NCBI GenBank assembly: GCA_013416795.1
Contig: RQSC01000523.1
Location: 40,642 to 104,641, forward strand
Source: Prasinococcaceae sp. CCMP 1430
Taxonomy: Eukaryota > Plantae > Prasinodermophyta
Direction: 5' to 3'
DNA length: 64,000 nt
The position numbers and the translations under genes are program-made. Each line of letters starts with the position of its first letter. Within the stretch, counting starts at the first letter, position 1. The notes under the pieces are model-generated. The model made no database searches, was not told the origin of the DNA, and saw only the letters and a program-made list of their open reading frames with translations. Positions 10,953 to 24,087 of the stretch are shown here, piece by piece.

Positions 10953-12183
10953 TCACTCGCGCGGCAGCCCCGCGTCCTCCGCCGCACGCTTGGCACCCGC
11001 GCCTCGCGCACGGGCGTGCTCAGAGGCCTCGTCGCCGTCCGAGTCCGACGACAGCGCTATGACCTCCGGCGCAGCGCGGGGTCGCTCAGCGACCCTTGCC
11101 GGCAGTGCGCCTGCGTGCGCGGAGCCGTCAATGGTGCCTGCCGCGCCGCCGCCCGCGCCGCCCCTTACCCCCTTATCACGCCCGAGGAGCCGCGCGAGCG
11201 CCGCGCGTGCGGCGGCCTTGCGGCGCTCCTCTGCGGCCGCCGCCGCAACCACGCGCTGGCGCTTGCGTCGCTGCCGCGCTCGGGAGCGCACATGTCAGCG
11301 GACATGGCGCAAACGCACTCCGCGTCCCCATCCCGTCTGCGCCACGCGATGCGTCCGCACCTGAGCTTCCTCTGCTGCTGCGTCGCACCCGCTAGAGGCA
11401 CACACCGCTCCGACCGCCCCTGTCCCGACTGTCTGCGTCGCTCTTGCCGCTGTAGGCGCCGCCCACGGCAGCGCGGGGCCCCCACTGCCGCCGAGCACAC
11501 GCGCGGTCCCAGCGGCACCCCAGTACGCGTTGCTGTCGCTGCCGCCAGCCATGACGCTGTCGGGTACGAAGCCAAGCTCCTGCAGCAGCGCACGCGTACG
11601 CTCGCGGATGTGCTCGAAGCGCCGCTGCCGTGAGGCGAGGCATGCATGTCAGCAGACAGAATGCACTGCCCCCTTTGTGGCACCCATCCCATCCCATCCC
11701 ATCCCACCTCCACACACGCCGCACACCAGGCACGCCTGCGCCCGCGAGCTGCGCCCTCACCTTGCCCAAGTTCTCGCCACCCCAGACGCGCGTGACGACG
11801 ACGGCAACTCCGCATGCCCGCAGGGCGTTGAGCTCGGCTCGCGCGGCTGTGCCACCGCGTGGCTCGCCGTCGTCATCGAAGGCTGCTTTGAATCTCTGCT
11901 TGCCGGCCTTGGTCACGCCGTCGGGCACGCGGTAGGCGCTCATCGCGTGGTCGATGCCTGACGCCGAGGCGTACTCGCGCCGCAGCGCCGCGGTAGCACG
12001 CTCAGCCTCGCGCACGCTCCGCACCGGCCACGCCGCGCATGCGGCGAATGCCGAGCCCCGGTCGGTGACAGCATGCGTCACCGCGGAACGCAGCGTTGTC
12101 GTGGCGGTGCTGACGCCGCCCCCGCCCGCGCGAATCTGCAGCGAGGCGCGGCGCGCGATGCACGATGGGCGCCGCGCCGCCAT
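10953..12183 (-). CDS. IMPACT/YigZ (UPF0029) family protein; introns 11625-11760 and 11271-11360
   Basis: DRGSAF, HAMSAYR, DDDGEPRGG, VAVVVTRVWGGENLGK|RRFEHI. Both introns are GT..AG and phase 0. The start codon is uncertain. Confidence 0.75.
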
Positions 12184-12514
12184 CACGCCCGCCCTCGACG
12201 GGCAAAAGGCCCAGGTGCACGCTGTGGCGCGCGCACACGAGAGGCCCCACCCACCCACACCCGTCCGCGCCGGTGTGCACGCGGCCGGAGTGGCACCCGG
12301 GCCGCGCCGCCGCGTGTTTTGGTTTTGCGCGCAGGTCGTCGTGCAAGGCACTATTGGTCAAGTCGAATGGGCGAATATTAGAGTTTGTCGGCGTGGGTGC
12401 ACGCATGGGTGTGCACGCGCGCGCGTGTGTGGATGTGCGCGCGCGTGCGTGCGGATGTGGCTGTGGGTGTGAGTGGGGCGGTCGCAGGATGGCGTCGCCG
12501 CAGGGCATCCCTTC

Positions 12515-15500
12515 TTAGCGCGGCGCGGCGACGGTCCGCGCGAGCTTCGCCTTGGTGAGGATGCGCGTGCAATATTTGTGCACGGTGGCGTCTGCCGACG
12601 AAGACCTGAGCGCGTCGACAGCCTCCGCGAGGCCCATCTCGAGCAGAGCGCCGCGGCACGTCGGGTGCGAGCACATGTTGCCAAGGCTGAACAGCGAGAT
12701 TTTGAGCGGGCTCTGCGAGTCCAAGCCGTCGGCGTCAGCCGTGTCGAGCTTGCCCGTCTCGCCACGCGCGGCGGCGGCCGCCGCGTCGGCTGCGGCGTCG
12801 GCGGCCTCAATGACGACGTTCACAAGCGCCTCTGCGGCGCCGCGATCGACAATCTCGTCGGCGAGCGTTGACGCATTGCGCACGAGGTTGCCGAGCGCGC
12901 CAGCGGCGTTCGCCTTGGTCTTGTCGTCCGGGTCCTGAAGCAAGCCGGCGAGCAGCGGCACGGACAGCTCGAGGGAGCCATAGAGCGAGTCCGAGTGGAA
13001 GGCGGCATTGCCCAATGCGAAGCAGGCAAACTTGCGCGTGTTGGAGTCGTCATCCACGCAGCAGCTCACGAGCGCCTCGATGGCCCCGCTGGCGTCCAGT
13101 GCCGCGTAGAACGCATCGGAGTGGCGACAGAGGTTGCCGACCAGGTTGCACGCGCGCGCGCGCACCCCCGGGTCGGCGTGGCGCAGCAGTCGCGGGAGCG
13201 CTTCCACGACACCCGAGCGCCGCAGCGGGGCGTAGTGCGATACCGACAGGCGGGCGAGCTGCGAGGCGAGCAAGAGCACGTCCACCACAGCGGAAGGCGG
13301 CGCCCCTTCGCGCAGCAGCGAAGACACGAGGTCGGGCTCGAGGGCGCCGGACTGCAGCAGCGCCGATGCGAACTCAGCCGATCCCGTCGCGAGCAGAGAT
13401 GCCAGGGCCACGGCGGAGCGCGCATCGCCGTGCGCGCGGCCACCTCTCGCAGGTAACGAGGACAGCCGCAGCGCAGTCACGATCCTCCCGGGAGCGCCAT
13501 TGGCCATAAGCTCCGCCTGCGTGGCCTTGGCGGCCGCGGCGGCCATCCCCACCTCACGCTGGAGTGACGTGGCAGCGACGGTGGGAGTGAGGGCAAGGCT
13601 GAGAAGCACGCCGCACGCGGCGGATACCGTCGACGCGCTCACTGCGCGCGAGCCCCCGGCAGAGGCTGGGATCATCGCATCCCAGGCGGCGATGGCATCC
13701 GCGTGGACCTCGCTCGCGCAGCTGAGCAGGCGAGGTACGAGGCCCGGCGGTGGCGGGCCCGTGTTGAGCCTACCGGCCCGTACGAGCCCGCGCAGGGCCG
13801 CGAGCACACCCCTCGGTGACAGCGCTGCGACCACCGACGAGGAGCCGCCCCTAGCCCCAGCGCCCCCTGCTGCGACGCACGCAGCCAGCGCAGCGGAGGC
13901 GCCCGAATCGTGCATGGCCAAGAGCTCCGAGCCGCCACCGCGCGCGCTCGCACCCGCCGCCAGAGCGTGTGCCAGCATGGCCGGTCCATCCGCCGCGCCG
14001 AAGCAGCAGCTCCCGCCCTCCGCGTCCGCAACCGGGGCGTACCACACGGGGCTTGCGCTGGGCTCAGGCGCGCTCGCGCGTACCTCCGCCAGCTCGGCCT
14101 CCTCTGTGAGCAGCACCGTCAACGCCGACAGTCCCGCGTGCGCTCGAAGCTCCGAGGCGAGTGCCGAAAGTTTGCCCGGATGGGCAGAGCGCCCACGGGA
14201 CGCAACGGCGCCATCCAGCTCGAGCAGCGCTGCAGCTGCAGCGCACGCCGCCCGCTGGAGGGCACCGCGACCGGCGCTGCCGCTGCCAGCTTTGTCCACG
14301 ATACAGCGGGCCACGGCGTCAGCCATCTGCGCGGCGCGGCCCTCGCTCGACGGCAGAAGCTTGCTCGCCGCAAGCGAACCTGAAGTTGAGCCGTGGCCAG
14401 CAGCGAAAGCAACCTCGGCGAGCGCGAGCGCGGCGCACGCGCGCACGCCTGGCGATAGCATCCCCTCTGCGCCACCGTGGTCGGCGTCGGCGCAGTCCAT
14501 CACGCTCGCCAAGCACGCGCCGAAGTCCGTCGTTGCAGATGCGATCGCGTGCGCTGCCGCCACAGAGCCGCGCGCGGCGACCAGGACGAAGCGCAAAGCT
14601 GCACATGCCGCCTCGGCCGCCTCCACCGCCACGTTTGCGGCCGCACGACCGCCGCCCTGTGCGCTCGCCAGCGCAGGGTTGGTCTTGCTCTTCACCGCCT
14701 CCACCAGCTCAAGTATGCGCGAAAGCACGTCGGGCGACGCTCGCTCGGCCGCGCTGGCTATGCACTGCGCCATATCCCCCCACTCGGGCGGCGCGCCGCG
14801 CGCGGGTCGCCCCCGGCGGTCAGGATCCTTGTCGCATGGCTCAGCTGAGACGGACGCGCCGAGCGGGTATCGCACGCTCAGACCGAACGATGGCAGGGGG
14901 CGGCCCATCGCCGCGAGCGCCTTGGCGGCGGCCGCCCCCACCGCTGCCCTGTCCTTTGGCGCCATGTCACTGTCATCCTCCGCGCCAACACAGGCTGCGA
15001 GCGCGGTGAGCACGGTGGACGGCGCATTGCATCCCACCGCCGCACTGCACAGGGAAGTGGCCGCTTCTACTGCAAGCGCGACAGCGTCCGTGGCGCCGGC
15101 GGAGCGTGCCGCGCTGTCGAGCGATTCCATGGCGGTGTGGAAGCACGCCGCGGCCTCCAGTGCAGCGTACGGGTCACCGCGGGCGGCAAGTGCCGAGCTG
15201 ATTTCGAGAGCAGCCTTGCCGTACGCCCCAGGGAACGCCGCGGCGCCCGCTCGTAGGGCGTTCAGGACGTCGACGAGCAGTGAGGAGCTCACGGTGGCGC
15301 GAGCCGCATCGACCAACATGCGCGCGGCGTCCGTCTTGAGCGCGCGGCTAGCGCCGCGGGTTGAGGCCGCTGCGACGGTGCGATTGAGCAAGGCCCGCAG
15401 CGTGCGCAAGGCGGCGCGCGCGCTGGCGTCCGCAGGCGCCCTCGAGTTTCGTGAGCCTCGCCGCCCGGCCCCTCCGCGGGTCCCCAGAACACTCCCGGGG

Positions 15501-17204
15501 CCACCAAGCCCGCCTGTCGAAGGAGCCGACATGGCCGCAGCGACGGCGCTCAGCAGCTTCACGCCGGCCTCCACGTCGCCGACCAGCGCGTCGGCGCCAT
15601 CCACGGTCGCAGCCTTCGCTTCAAGCGCCACCAAGGCAGCGTCGGCAACCGCGTTGGCGCCTGTGGCGTCCGGTGTACGCGTGGGCCGGAGCATGATGTC
15701 TTCCGTGGCGCCGTTGCTTAGTCGGTCAACCCCCACGGGCGCCGTCACGGGGGGCGCCCCGGGGGCGGGTGTCGACGGCACGCCCGGACCGATGCGCGGC
15801 GTCGCATGTGTGTCGTGCCCCCTCGCAGTGCGGGCGCGAGCGGAGGCAGCGCCTCCCGACGCTTCGGTATCGAGCGGCGCTGCAGTCGCGGCGGGTGCCA
15901 GATGTGCCTGCGCGTCGGCCGAGCTGGCGGCGATCGCCACGCGTTTCTTGGCCGTTCCCGCTGCCGGCTGTTTCGGTTGCTGCGCACTTTCGTGCAGCGA
16001 GGTCTGCTCCTGCGGTGGCTCGAACCGCGCGGCGGCGGCGGTTCCATCAAAGCCCACGCCGTCGGATCGCCCGGGCGTGCCCGTGCGCGGCTGCATCCGC
16101 CACCCAGAGCTGAGTTGGCCCACCCCCGCGCTGTGCGCACTCTCCTCGCGAGTCTGGCGCTTCGCCTGGTCCTCGGGGGTCTCCGCGACGAACGGGTGCT
16201 CCAGGAGGTCGGGCCACCCAAGCCTGCGCTTGGGATCCTTGCTGAGCAGCCCCGACAGGAAGGCGCGGAAGGAGTCGCTCATGGTGTCCGGGTACTGCAC
16301 GCTGTCGTTGACGATCCTCTGCACGAGCTTGAGGATCGAGTTGGTGTAGAACGGCGGCTGCCCGACATAGAGCTCGTACAAGATGACCCCCAGGCTCCAC
16401 AGATCCACCGTGTGGTTGTACGGCTGCTCCTTGACGAGCTCGGGTGCCATGTACAGCGGCGTGCCTTTGATGGAGGTGAGCATCATCGTGTTCGAGCTCA
16501 TCGCGCGCGCGAAGCCAAAGTCGCAGAGCTGCACCCGTCCGTTGGCGCCGATGAGCACGTTTTGCGGTTTGAGATCCCTGTGGATGATCCTGTGCGCGTG
16601 CAGGTAGTGCAGCGCCCTCACGAGCTGCTTGGCTATGGAGCGAACCTCCTCCTCGGGCAGGCACTGGTCGTCCTCGAGGATCTCGAAGAGCTCGCCCTGC
16701 GCGAACTCGGTGACGACGCAGAACTCGGACTTGGTTTCGAAGGCGTCGAGCATCTGCACCACGCCCTCGTGCCGCAGGTCGCGCAGGATGTCGATCTCCT
16801 GGCGCAGGCTGTTCAGGTCCTTCTCCGTCTTTCCATGCTTGAGGATGAACTTGAGCGCGACGATCTGCCCTGTGAAGCGCCTGCGGCCCTTGTAGACCTG
16901 GTCGAGCGCCAGCGGGTGGCGGGTGAGCGCGCGACCAATGAGACCGGCGCGGCGCGCAGAGGGCGCGCGCGCCGTCGCAACTGGTGCAGCGCACGCGAGC
17001 GCGCGGCGACACAGCTCGGTGCGAGCAAGGTGCTGGCGCTGCCAGCGCAGGTGGCGTGCGCGGGCTGTCGCAGCGCGAGCGTCGGACGCGCGGCTGGGGG
17101 GCGGCGCACCGCGCCGCGGCGCGCGATGGCCAGCGCGACAGCTTTCCCCGCACCTTGCCGAACGACCCCTCGCCAATGAGCTCGAGGACGTGGTAGTTGT
17201 CCAT
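12515..17204 (-). CDS. TIO: Fused/TWO-IN-ONE (STK36) Ser/Thr kinase with C-terminal ARM/HEAT repeats; intron 16898-17153
   Basis: [17 protein letters not shown]|[42 protein letters not shown] and [15 protein letters not shown]-terminal [15 protein letters not shown] and [16 protein letters not shown] are typical of Fused/TIO. Confidence 0.95.
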
Positions 17205-18037
17205 GCCGGCGGGCCGTGGCTGTCGCCGGCCCCCCCGTTCCCCCCCAAACCGGGCGGCGGCGAGATCCCGCGCGTGTTGCGCGGCGCCCGCCCGTCCCGC
17301 CCCCCGCCGAGGCGGGTGCGCGATCCCTCCCTCCCCCGCGCGGCGCCGGCCGCGTCGCTGCAGCGGTCGCGGCGCCAAGTACCCGCGATCGCGGTCGCGA
17401 TACCACGCGCTCGCGCCACCCAATCCACGTTGGGCCAATTGTTGTTGGGCCCCATCGCCGCAGGGAGAAAGAGAAAACCGTCAAAGCAAAGGTGCGCACG
17501 CGCGTGCAAAAAAAAAAACGGATGCAATGTGACGTGCGTTCTTTACATGGGAAAACACCATCTGCCGGACGCGGCCTCGCGACGCGGCGCGACGAGCGCG
17601 CGGCGCCATCAGTCGGTCGGTCGCGGCGCCGACCAACGCATTTGATGGGCGCGGCCCTCGCGCGCTGCGCGCGGCCGCCTCCGACGAATTCAAAATTTCG
17701 CCCCGGCGGCGACCCGGAAAGCGGCGCGGGCGCGCGCGCTCCCTCCCCCCCCCCCCGCTCCCCCAGCCTGCCAGTCCGTCGGCTCGATTCGATTCGGATG
17801 AGAAAATACGACCGACGGCTCTGGCCGGCCCATTCGATTTGACGGCCGACCGACCGCCAACACGAAACGCCTCTGCCTGTGCGCCGGTCCGTGCGTCCTG
17901 CCTGATTGTCCGCCCGTTGGTTCTGGTTGTGTCGTCTGCATCGCCATGACGTGATGAGGAGGTTCCGCGCGCGGGCGCGTTGCGCAGAGGGGAATTCGAA
18001 TGCGGACGCGGCGGCGCGCGTCGGGTCCGCGTCCGCA

Positions 18038-18332
18038 TCAGAAGGGGTGGACGTGCAGGCAGACCGACTCGAAGGGCCGCGAGTGGATGTCGTGGGCGGC
18101 GGCGGCGGCGGCGGCGCGCTGCCGGCGGCGCTCGGGGTCGGGCGACTCGGCGACGGCCTCGCGGAAGCGCGCGGCGTCGAACTCGGGGCGCGCGCGCTCG
18201 TCGGCGAGGCGCGCGCGGATGTCGTCGCTGTCCTCGCGGAAGTGCTGCAGGCGGTCCTTGGCCGCCGCCGAGATGAGCGCCGCGGACAGCGGCGCCGCCG
18301 CCGACGGCGGCATGTGCAGCCCGGACATGCGA
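18038..18332 (-). CDS. C-terminal part of a hypothetical protein; the 5' part lies in the assembly gap
   Basis: The frame has coding-like GC3 bias (DRLQHFREDSDDIRARLADERARPEFDAARFREAVAE...RPFESVCLHVHPF*) and runs into the N gap. Confidence 0.45.
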
Positions 18333-19048
18333 NNNNNNNNNNNNNNNNNNNNNNNNNNNNNNNNNNNNNNNNNNNNNNNNNNNNNNNNNNNNNNNNNNNN
18401 NNNNNNNNNNNNNNNNNNNNNNNNNNNNNNNNNNNNNNNNNNNNNNNNNNNNNNNNNNNNNNNNNNNNNNNNNNNNNNNNNNNNNNNNNNNNNNNNNNNN
18501 NNNNNNNNNNNNNNNNNNNNNNNNNNNNNNNNNNNNNNNNNNNNNNNNNNNNNNNNNNNNNNNNNNNNNNNNNNNNNNNNNNNNNNNNNNNNNNNNNNNN
18601 NNNNNNNNNNNNNNNNNNNNNNNNNNNNNNNNNNNNNNNNNNNNNNNNNNNNNNNNNNNNNNNNNNNNNNNNNNNNNNNNNNNNNNNNNNNNNNNNNNNN
18701 NNNNNNNNNNNNNNNNNNNNNNNNNNNNNNNNNNNNNNNNNNNNNNNNNNNNNNNNNNNNNNNNNNNNNNNNNNNNNNNNNNNNNNNNNNNNNNNNNNNN
18801 NNNNNNNNNNNNNNNNNNNNNNNNNNNNNNNNNNNNNNNNNNNNNNNNNNNNNNNNNNNNNNNNNNNNNNNNNNNNNNNNNNNNNNNNNNNNNNNNNNNN
18901 NNNNNNNNNNNNNNNNNNNNNNNNNNNNNNNNNNNNNNNNNNNNNNNNNNNNNNNNNNNNNNNNNNNNNNNNNNNNNNNNNNNNNNNNNNNNNNNNNNNN
19001 NNNNNNNNNNNNNNNNNNNNNNNNNNNNNNNNNNNNNNNNNNNNNNNN
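18333..19048. other. Assembly gap (N run)
   Basis: Run of N. Confidence 1.
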
Positions 19049-19282
19049 TGCGGAGCGCCGCGGCGCCGCGGCGCGCGCGCGCGCGATCCGCGCCGGGCCG
19101 CCGAATCTCCATCCGGACGACCCGCGCGTCGGATACGAATCGACGGAATGCCACGAAGCGTCGTCGCGATGGTATCAGCGGTGTGGCGCAGGTGTTTCGG
19201 TATGAGCACAGTGGGATTGTGTGTTACATGTACAGTGGTCTCGGCGCAGGCACCGTGGTGGTGGCGACGCGGCGGGGGGAAC

Positions 19283-21170
19283 TTACTGCCGGCGCCGCCC
19301 CGAGCCGCCGCCGCCGCCGCTCGCGGCGCCGTCGTCGTCGCCGGCCGCCCGTCGGTCCTCCGCGGGGAGTGCGAGCGGACCCTCCGCGCTCCCCCAGTAG
19401 CGGTAGCTCAGCGACACGGCGCGGCCGAGCTGCAGCACGCCGATGGCCTGCCACACGCCGAGCAGCGAGTCGCCCAGCAGGCTCAGCGCCGCGCCGCCCG
19501 CCGCGGTGGCGCCGCCCATAGCCAGCGCGACGTATCCGAAATCCTTGGCGCCTTGGAGGATGCCGTCGCCCTGCGAGCGCGCGACGCGCGCGATGGAGAG
19601 GGAGAGAAGGGGGGGAGGGGGGGGGGAAGAGAGAGGGAGAGAGAGAGAGCAGGCCGCACGCACGCGCGCGCGCGTGGGTCAGAGATGCGCGCGGAGACAC
19701 ATCGGCGCGCGCACGCGCTCCTCAGGCGCGTCCTGAACTCACCACGAAGACCGCAGCGTTGAGCGGCTGCAGCGCAGCCACGAGCCTGAGCGGCTGCGCC
19801 ACCGCGTCCGCCACGTCCGCGTCGTTGGTGAATATGCCCGGCAGCGCCGCTCCCCCAACGTACAGCAGCCCCCCGAGCCCCGCCCCGAATGTGAGGCTGT
19901 ACCTGAGGATGAGGTCCGAGACGCGGCGAGCGCCTGCCACGTTGCCGCGGCCGAGCTCGTTGGCGACGAGTCCCTGCGCCGCCACTGCGAGCGCATCCAG
20001 ACAGAACAGCGAAGTGTACCACACCTGGAGCACCACCTGGTGCGCGGCGGCGCTGCTCTCGGCGTCGAGCGACGCCGCAGAGGCGGTCGCCTCGAACAGC
20101 AGCGCCTGCAGCGACAGGGTGCGCAGCAGTTGGCCGCCACCGCCGGCCAGCACCTCACTCAGCCCCGTGGCGGAGCCCTCGCCGCCGCCCCCGTCGCCTT
20201 CGGCGTTTCCTTCGCCGCCACCGCCGCGCGCGAACTCCAGCGCGCCGCCGAAGCGCAGCGTGCGCCCCACGTCGAGCAGCTCCCTCCGCGCGAGCAGCGT
20301 GATGAACCACCCCGCCGCGAGATACTCAGCCGCGGCGGTCGCCGCCCCGGCGCCAGCGAGGCCGAAGGGCTGCACGCCGAGCTGTGGCAGGCCGAAGATG
20401 AGGAGCGGGTCGAGCACGAAATTCAGCGCGTTGGCTGCGACCGCAACGCGCAGCGGCGTCTGCGTGTCGAGCGCGCCGCGGAAGGCGCCAACGCCGACCG
20501 CCCCAGTGAGCGCGGCGGGCAGCGCGAGCGCGCGCACTCGCAGGTACTCTGCGGCGCCCTCGGCGAGCTCGGATCCCTGCGTCGCACCCGCGAGCTGCAG
20601 CACGTCGTCAGTGAAGAGCTCGATGCCAACCGTGGCGAGCACGCCGACGCCGAGCGCGAGGGCCATCGCGTCCGAGACGGTGGCGCGCGCGCGCGCGACG
20701 TCCCCTGCGGCGATGTCCGTCGTGACGATGGGCGCCACCACCACGCTCAGCGTCACGTTGAATACCTTGAAGCACAGGGCGAACACCGCCGAAGCGACCG
20801 CCAGCGCGCCGAGCTCGTCCGTCCCCGCGCGGCCCACGTAAGCGCTGTCCGCGACGGTGAGCAACGGGTCGATCGCCAGCGCGAAGAGCGCGGGGAGCGC
20901 CAGTTCGAACACCTTGGACGCCAATACGCCGTCGTCTTCGGCGGCCAGCTCCTCGGCCGCGTACACTTCCTCGCTGCGCTGCCGCAGGCCGTCCGCGCCG
21001 GCGGCGCCGCCAGCGCCGCTAGCCTCGGCGTCAGCATCGCCAGCTCGCACGCTCTCCTTCCCCTCTGTGGCACCCACTACCACACCGCCGCGGGGAACGC
21101 TGCCAATGCCTTCCCGTCGCAACTGCCGCCTGCCGCCGCCGCTTCCGACGGCTCCCGCGCGCGCCCGCAT
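19283..21170 (-). CDS. MATE/DinF-type efflux transporter with a putative transit peptide; intron 19571-19742
   Basis: ALPALFALAIDPLLTVADSAYVGRAG...LGALA, GAFRGALDTQTPL, DALAVAAQGLVA and LQPLNAAVFV|GDGILQGAKDF. The GTGAGT donor and CAG acceptor splice in frame. Confidence 0.93.
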
Positions 21171-21306
21171 GGCGCCCGCCTGCGCGAGCTCTCTCTCTTT
21201 CCCCCCTATCCGCCTCTCCCGCCGCCGCGCCCGAGGCACCTTTCCACCCGCCGCGCGCGGCGGCGCGCGGCTGCGAGCAGGCACGCCGCCCGAGCGCGAG
21301 CCCGGG

Positions 21307-21345
<39 letters not shown>

Positions 21346-21732
21346 TCCCACCCCTCCCACCCACCCACGCCGTGCACCGCGTGCGCCGCTGTGGCACCAA
21401 CACCCACGCAGCGCACTCGGGGAGTCGTCAGCCCGGCCAGCGGCGCGCCGGCGCACCGCGTGTGCCCCCGGGATCGCCAACGAGAGACAGGGATCAAGGC
21501 ACACCACCGGCGACTTGGCAGGGAATGACCCCCATACACCCCGAGCAAATCCCGGTCTGCGTGAGCAGCTATTTGCGACGCAAACCCTCGCGGCTCTCCT
21601 CATCCTGCGCCTGTGCATTTTTTTTTTTTTTGCTCTCTGGGTTGGGCTGTGACGAAGTTCGGCTGCGACTCCGAATGCACGCCTTTTTTTTTTTTTTTGC
21701 GCCGCGGGGTTTTGGGCGGCGGCCCTCCGCAG

Positions 21733-24087
21733 GTTGGCGGCAGCTGCGCGGCACAGCGCGCGGCGGCGGCAGCCGCGGCTGCGCAGGAGGAGGGGAGGCT
21801 CGCCTCGTGGGTGGCGGGCGGGGGTTTCTCGGCGCCAGAGGCCGGATCGGATCCCGAGAGAGCGCCGGCGGTCACACGCGCAAAAAGCTGCGAACGCGCG
21901 GCGAGGCCGCCGCACAGCCGCGCGACTGCGCGGCGCGCGGTGGCGCGCGCAGCCGCTGGTGCCGAGGGCAAGACAACCGTGACCGAGGAGGTGTCGTACA
22001 CGGACATGATCAAGGCGCTCGACAAGGGGCAGGTCGCGCGCGCGCGCTTCGCCAACGACCTCTCCGGGCGGGTGCTGCTCATCTACAAGAGCGGCGTGTG
22101 CAAGGTCGCGCAGGTCCCGCTGGACCACACCAAAACCATTCAGCGCATGAGCCGCGGCGGGGCAGAGGTGTCCTACCTCGCGCCGCCGTCGGCCTCGGGG
22201 CTCAACCAGGCCGTGGTCAGCGCCATGTCAAACGTTGGCCCCGTCGTGCTCCTCTTCGGCGTGTGGTGGCTCGTCCACACCTACGTGCAGCAGAAGGGCG
22301 ACGCGGAGGACAGGAAGAAGATCCGCGCCAAGGAGATCGAGGAGAAGAAGAAGCTGGTCGACGCGGCGCGCGAGGACGCGCTGCGCCGCACGAAGGAGGC
22401 CGCCAAGGCCGCCGCTGAGAAATCCGCCAAGGAGGAGGCCGAGAGCGCCGCCAAGCGCACGGGCGCGAAGACGACGGCGCCCGCGGCGGGCGGCCGCAAG
22501 AAGAAGGGCGAGGAGGACGACGAGCCTGAAGACGACCCCGAGCAGGCGGCCGCCAAGGAGTTCCTGTCGTCCTCGGCGCGCGTGGTGCAGGCCTCCAAGT
22601 ACCAGCAGTACGGGAAAGCGACGACGTTCGACGACGTGGCTGGTATCGGTGACGCCAAGGTGGAGCTCGAGGAGCTGGTGACGTTCTTCACCAACCCGGA
22701 GAGGTTCACTGACAGCGGGTGTGTGGTGCCGCGCGGCGTGCTGCTGTGCGGCCCGCCAGGCACGGGGAAGACCCTCGCGGCGAAGGCCGTCGCTGGCGAG
22801 GCGGGCGTGACGTTCTTCTACGCAAACGCCTCGGAGTTCGTGGAAATGTTCGTGGGAGTGGGCGCGGCGCGTGTGCGCGACCTCTTCGCGCAGGCGCGCG
22901 CGGCGGCGCCCTCAATAATCTTCATCGACGAGCTAGACGCCGTGGGCAAGCAGCGCGGCACAGGGGGTGGTTCGGGCAACGACGAGCGCGACGCGACCGT
23001 CAACCAGCTCCTCACAGAGCTGGACGGCTTCGAGGGGGCGATCACCGATGCCAACGCTGTCAAGAACCGCGTGGTAATCATGGCCGCCACCAACCGGCCC
23101 GACATCCTCGACAGCGCGCTCATGCGCGCGGGGCGATTCGACCGCAAGGTCTTCATGGGGCTGCCGAGCTTCGAGGGGCGCCGACAGATTCTCGGCGTGC
23201 ACGCGGGGGGCAAGCCCCTCGGCAAGGACGTCCTCGACGACATCGCCAGCCCGAACTCAAGCCTCGCGGCCAAGACTCCGGGCTTCTCAGGCGCGGATAT
23301 CGCCAACCTGCTCAACATGGCTGTGCTGAGCGCGACGCGAGAGGGCAAGGAGGCGGCCACCATGCGTGACTGCGGCGAGGCGATCGACTTGGTGCAGCTG
23401 GGCAAGCGCGTGAAGCGCGAACAGCCGCTCGAGGTGCGCCGGCGACTCGCAGCGGCGGAGGGCGCGCGCGCGGTGGTGGCGATGGCCTCGCCGCTCCTGG
23501 GGCGGGTCGAGCTGGTCTCGATCGTCCCGCGCGAGGGCAAGCGCCTGGGCACCACGCGGCTCTTCGTCGACGAGGCCGTGGTCCGCACGGGTATGTGGAC
23601 GCACGCCGCGCAGAAGCAGATGCTCAGCTACGAGCTCGCGGGCCGCGCGGGCGAAGAGGCCGTGTTCGGCGACGGGCAGGCTAGCTCGGCTACGCGCGAG
23701 GGCGTGGAGCGAGCGCGCGGCCTCTCGCAGCGCATGGTTCTCACCGGCATGCGCGCGGAGCCGCTCGCCGGCAGGCGCGGTGCGCTCGGCTGGACATTGG
23801 ATGACAGCTACGGCGCGGGCGAGTCGGTGCAAATCGACTACCTGCCGGGCTCCAGCTCCAAGCGCGAGGCCGACATCGCCATGCACGAGCTGCTGTCGGA
23901 CGCGTACGAGGAGAGCGCGCGGCTGCTGGAGGACAACAGGCCGTTGCTGGATGCTGTGGTCGACGAGTTGGTCACTGACGGGCAGCTGTACGCAGACAGG
24001 CTCGAGGAGCTCGCCGCGCAGCATGGCCTGGACGTGGCCAAGCTCCCTGCCGCGAGCACCGGCCTGGCCGGCATCGGCCAGCAGTAA
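21733..24087 (+). CDS. FtsH-family AAA+ protein lacking the Zn-binding HEXXH motif (FtsHi-type); 5' exon unresolved (candidate 21525-21560)
   Basis: One TM segment, TFDDVAG, Walker A GPPGTGKT, Walker B IIFIDELD and SRH TNRPDILDSALMRAGRFDR. AEGAR occupies the HEXXH position. Confidence 0.9.
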   Translation, partial: VGGSCAAQRAAAAAAAAQEEGRLASWVAGGGFSAPEAGSDPERAPAVTRAKSCERAARPPHSRATARRAVARAAAGAEGKTTVTEEVSYTDMIKALDKGQVARARFANDLSGRVLLIYKSGVCKVAQVPLDHTKTIQRMSRGGAEVSYLAPPSASGLNQAVVSAMSNVGPVVLLFGVWWLVHTYVQQKGDAEDRKKIRAKEIEEKKKLVDAAREDALRRTKEAAKAAAEKSAKEEAESAAKRTGAKTTAPAAGGRKKKGEEDDEPEDDPEQAAAKEFLSSSARVVQASKYQQYGKATTFDDVAGIGDAKVELEELVTFFTNPERFTDSGCVVPRGVLLCGPPGTGKTLAAKAVAGEAGVTFFYANASEFVEMFVGVGAARVRDLFAQARAAAPSIIFIDELDAVGKQRGTGGGSGNDERDATVNQLLTELDGFEGAITDANAVKNRVVIMAATNRPDILDSALMRAGRFDRKVFMGLPSFEGRRQILGVHAGGKPLGKDVLDDIASPNSSLAAKTPGFSGADIANLLNMAVLSATREGKEAATMRDCGEAIDLVQLGKRVKREQPLEVRRRLAAAEGARAVVAMASPLLGRVELVSIVPREGKRLGTTRLFVDEAVVRTGMWTHAAQKQMLSYELAGRAGEEAVFGDGQASSATREGVERARGLSQRMVLTGMRAEPLAGRRGALGWTLDDSYGAGESVQIDYLPGSSSKREADIAMHELLSDAYEESARLLEDNRPLLDAVVDELVTDGQLYADRLEELAAQHGLDVAKLPAASTGLAGIGQQ

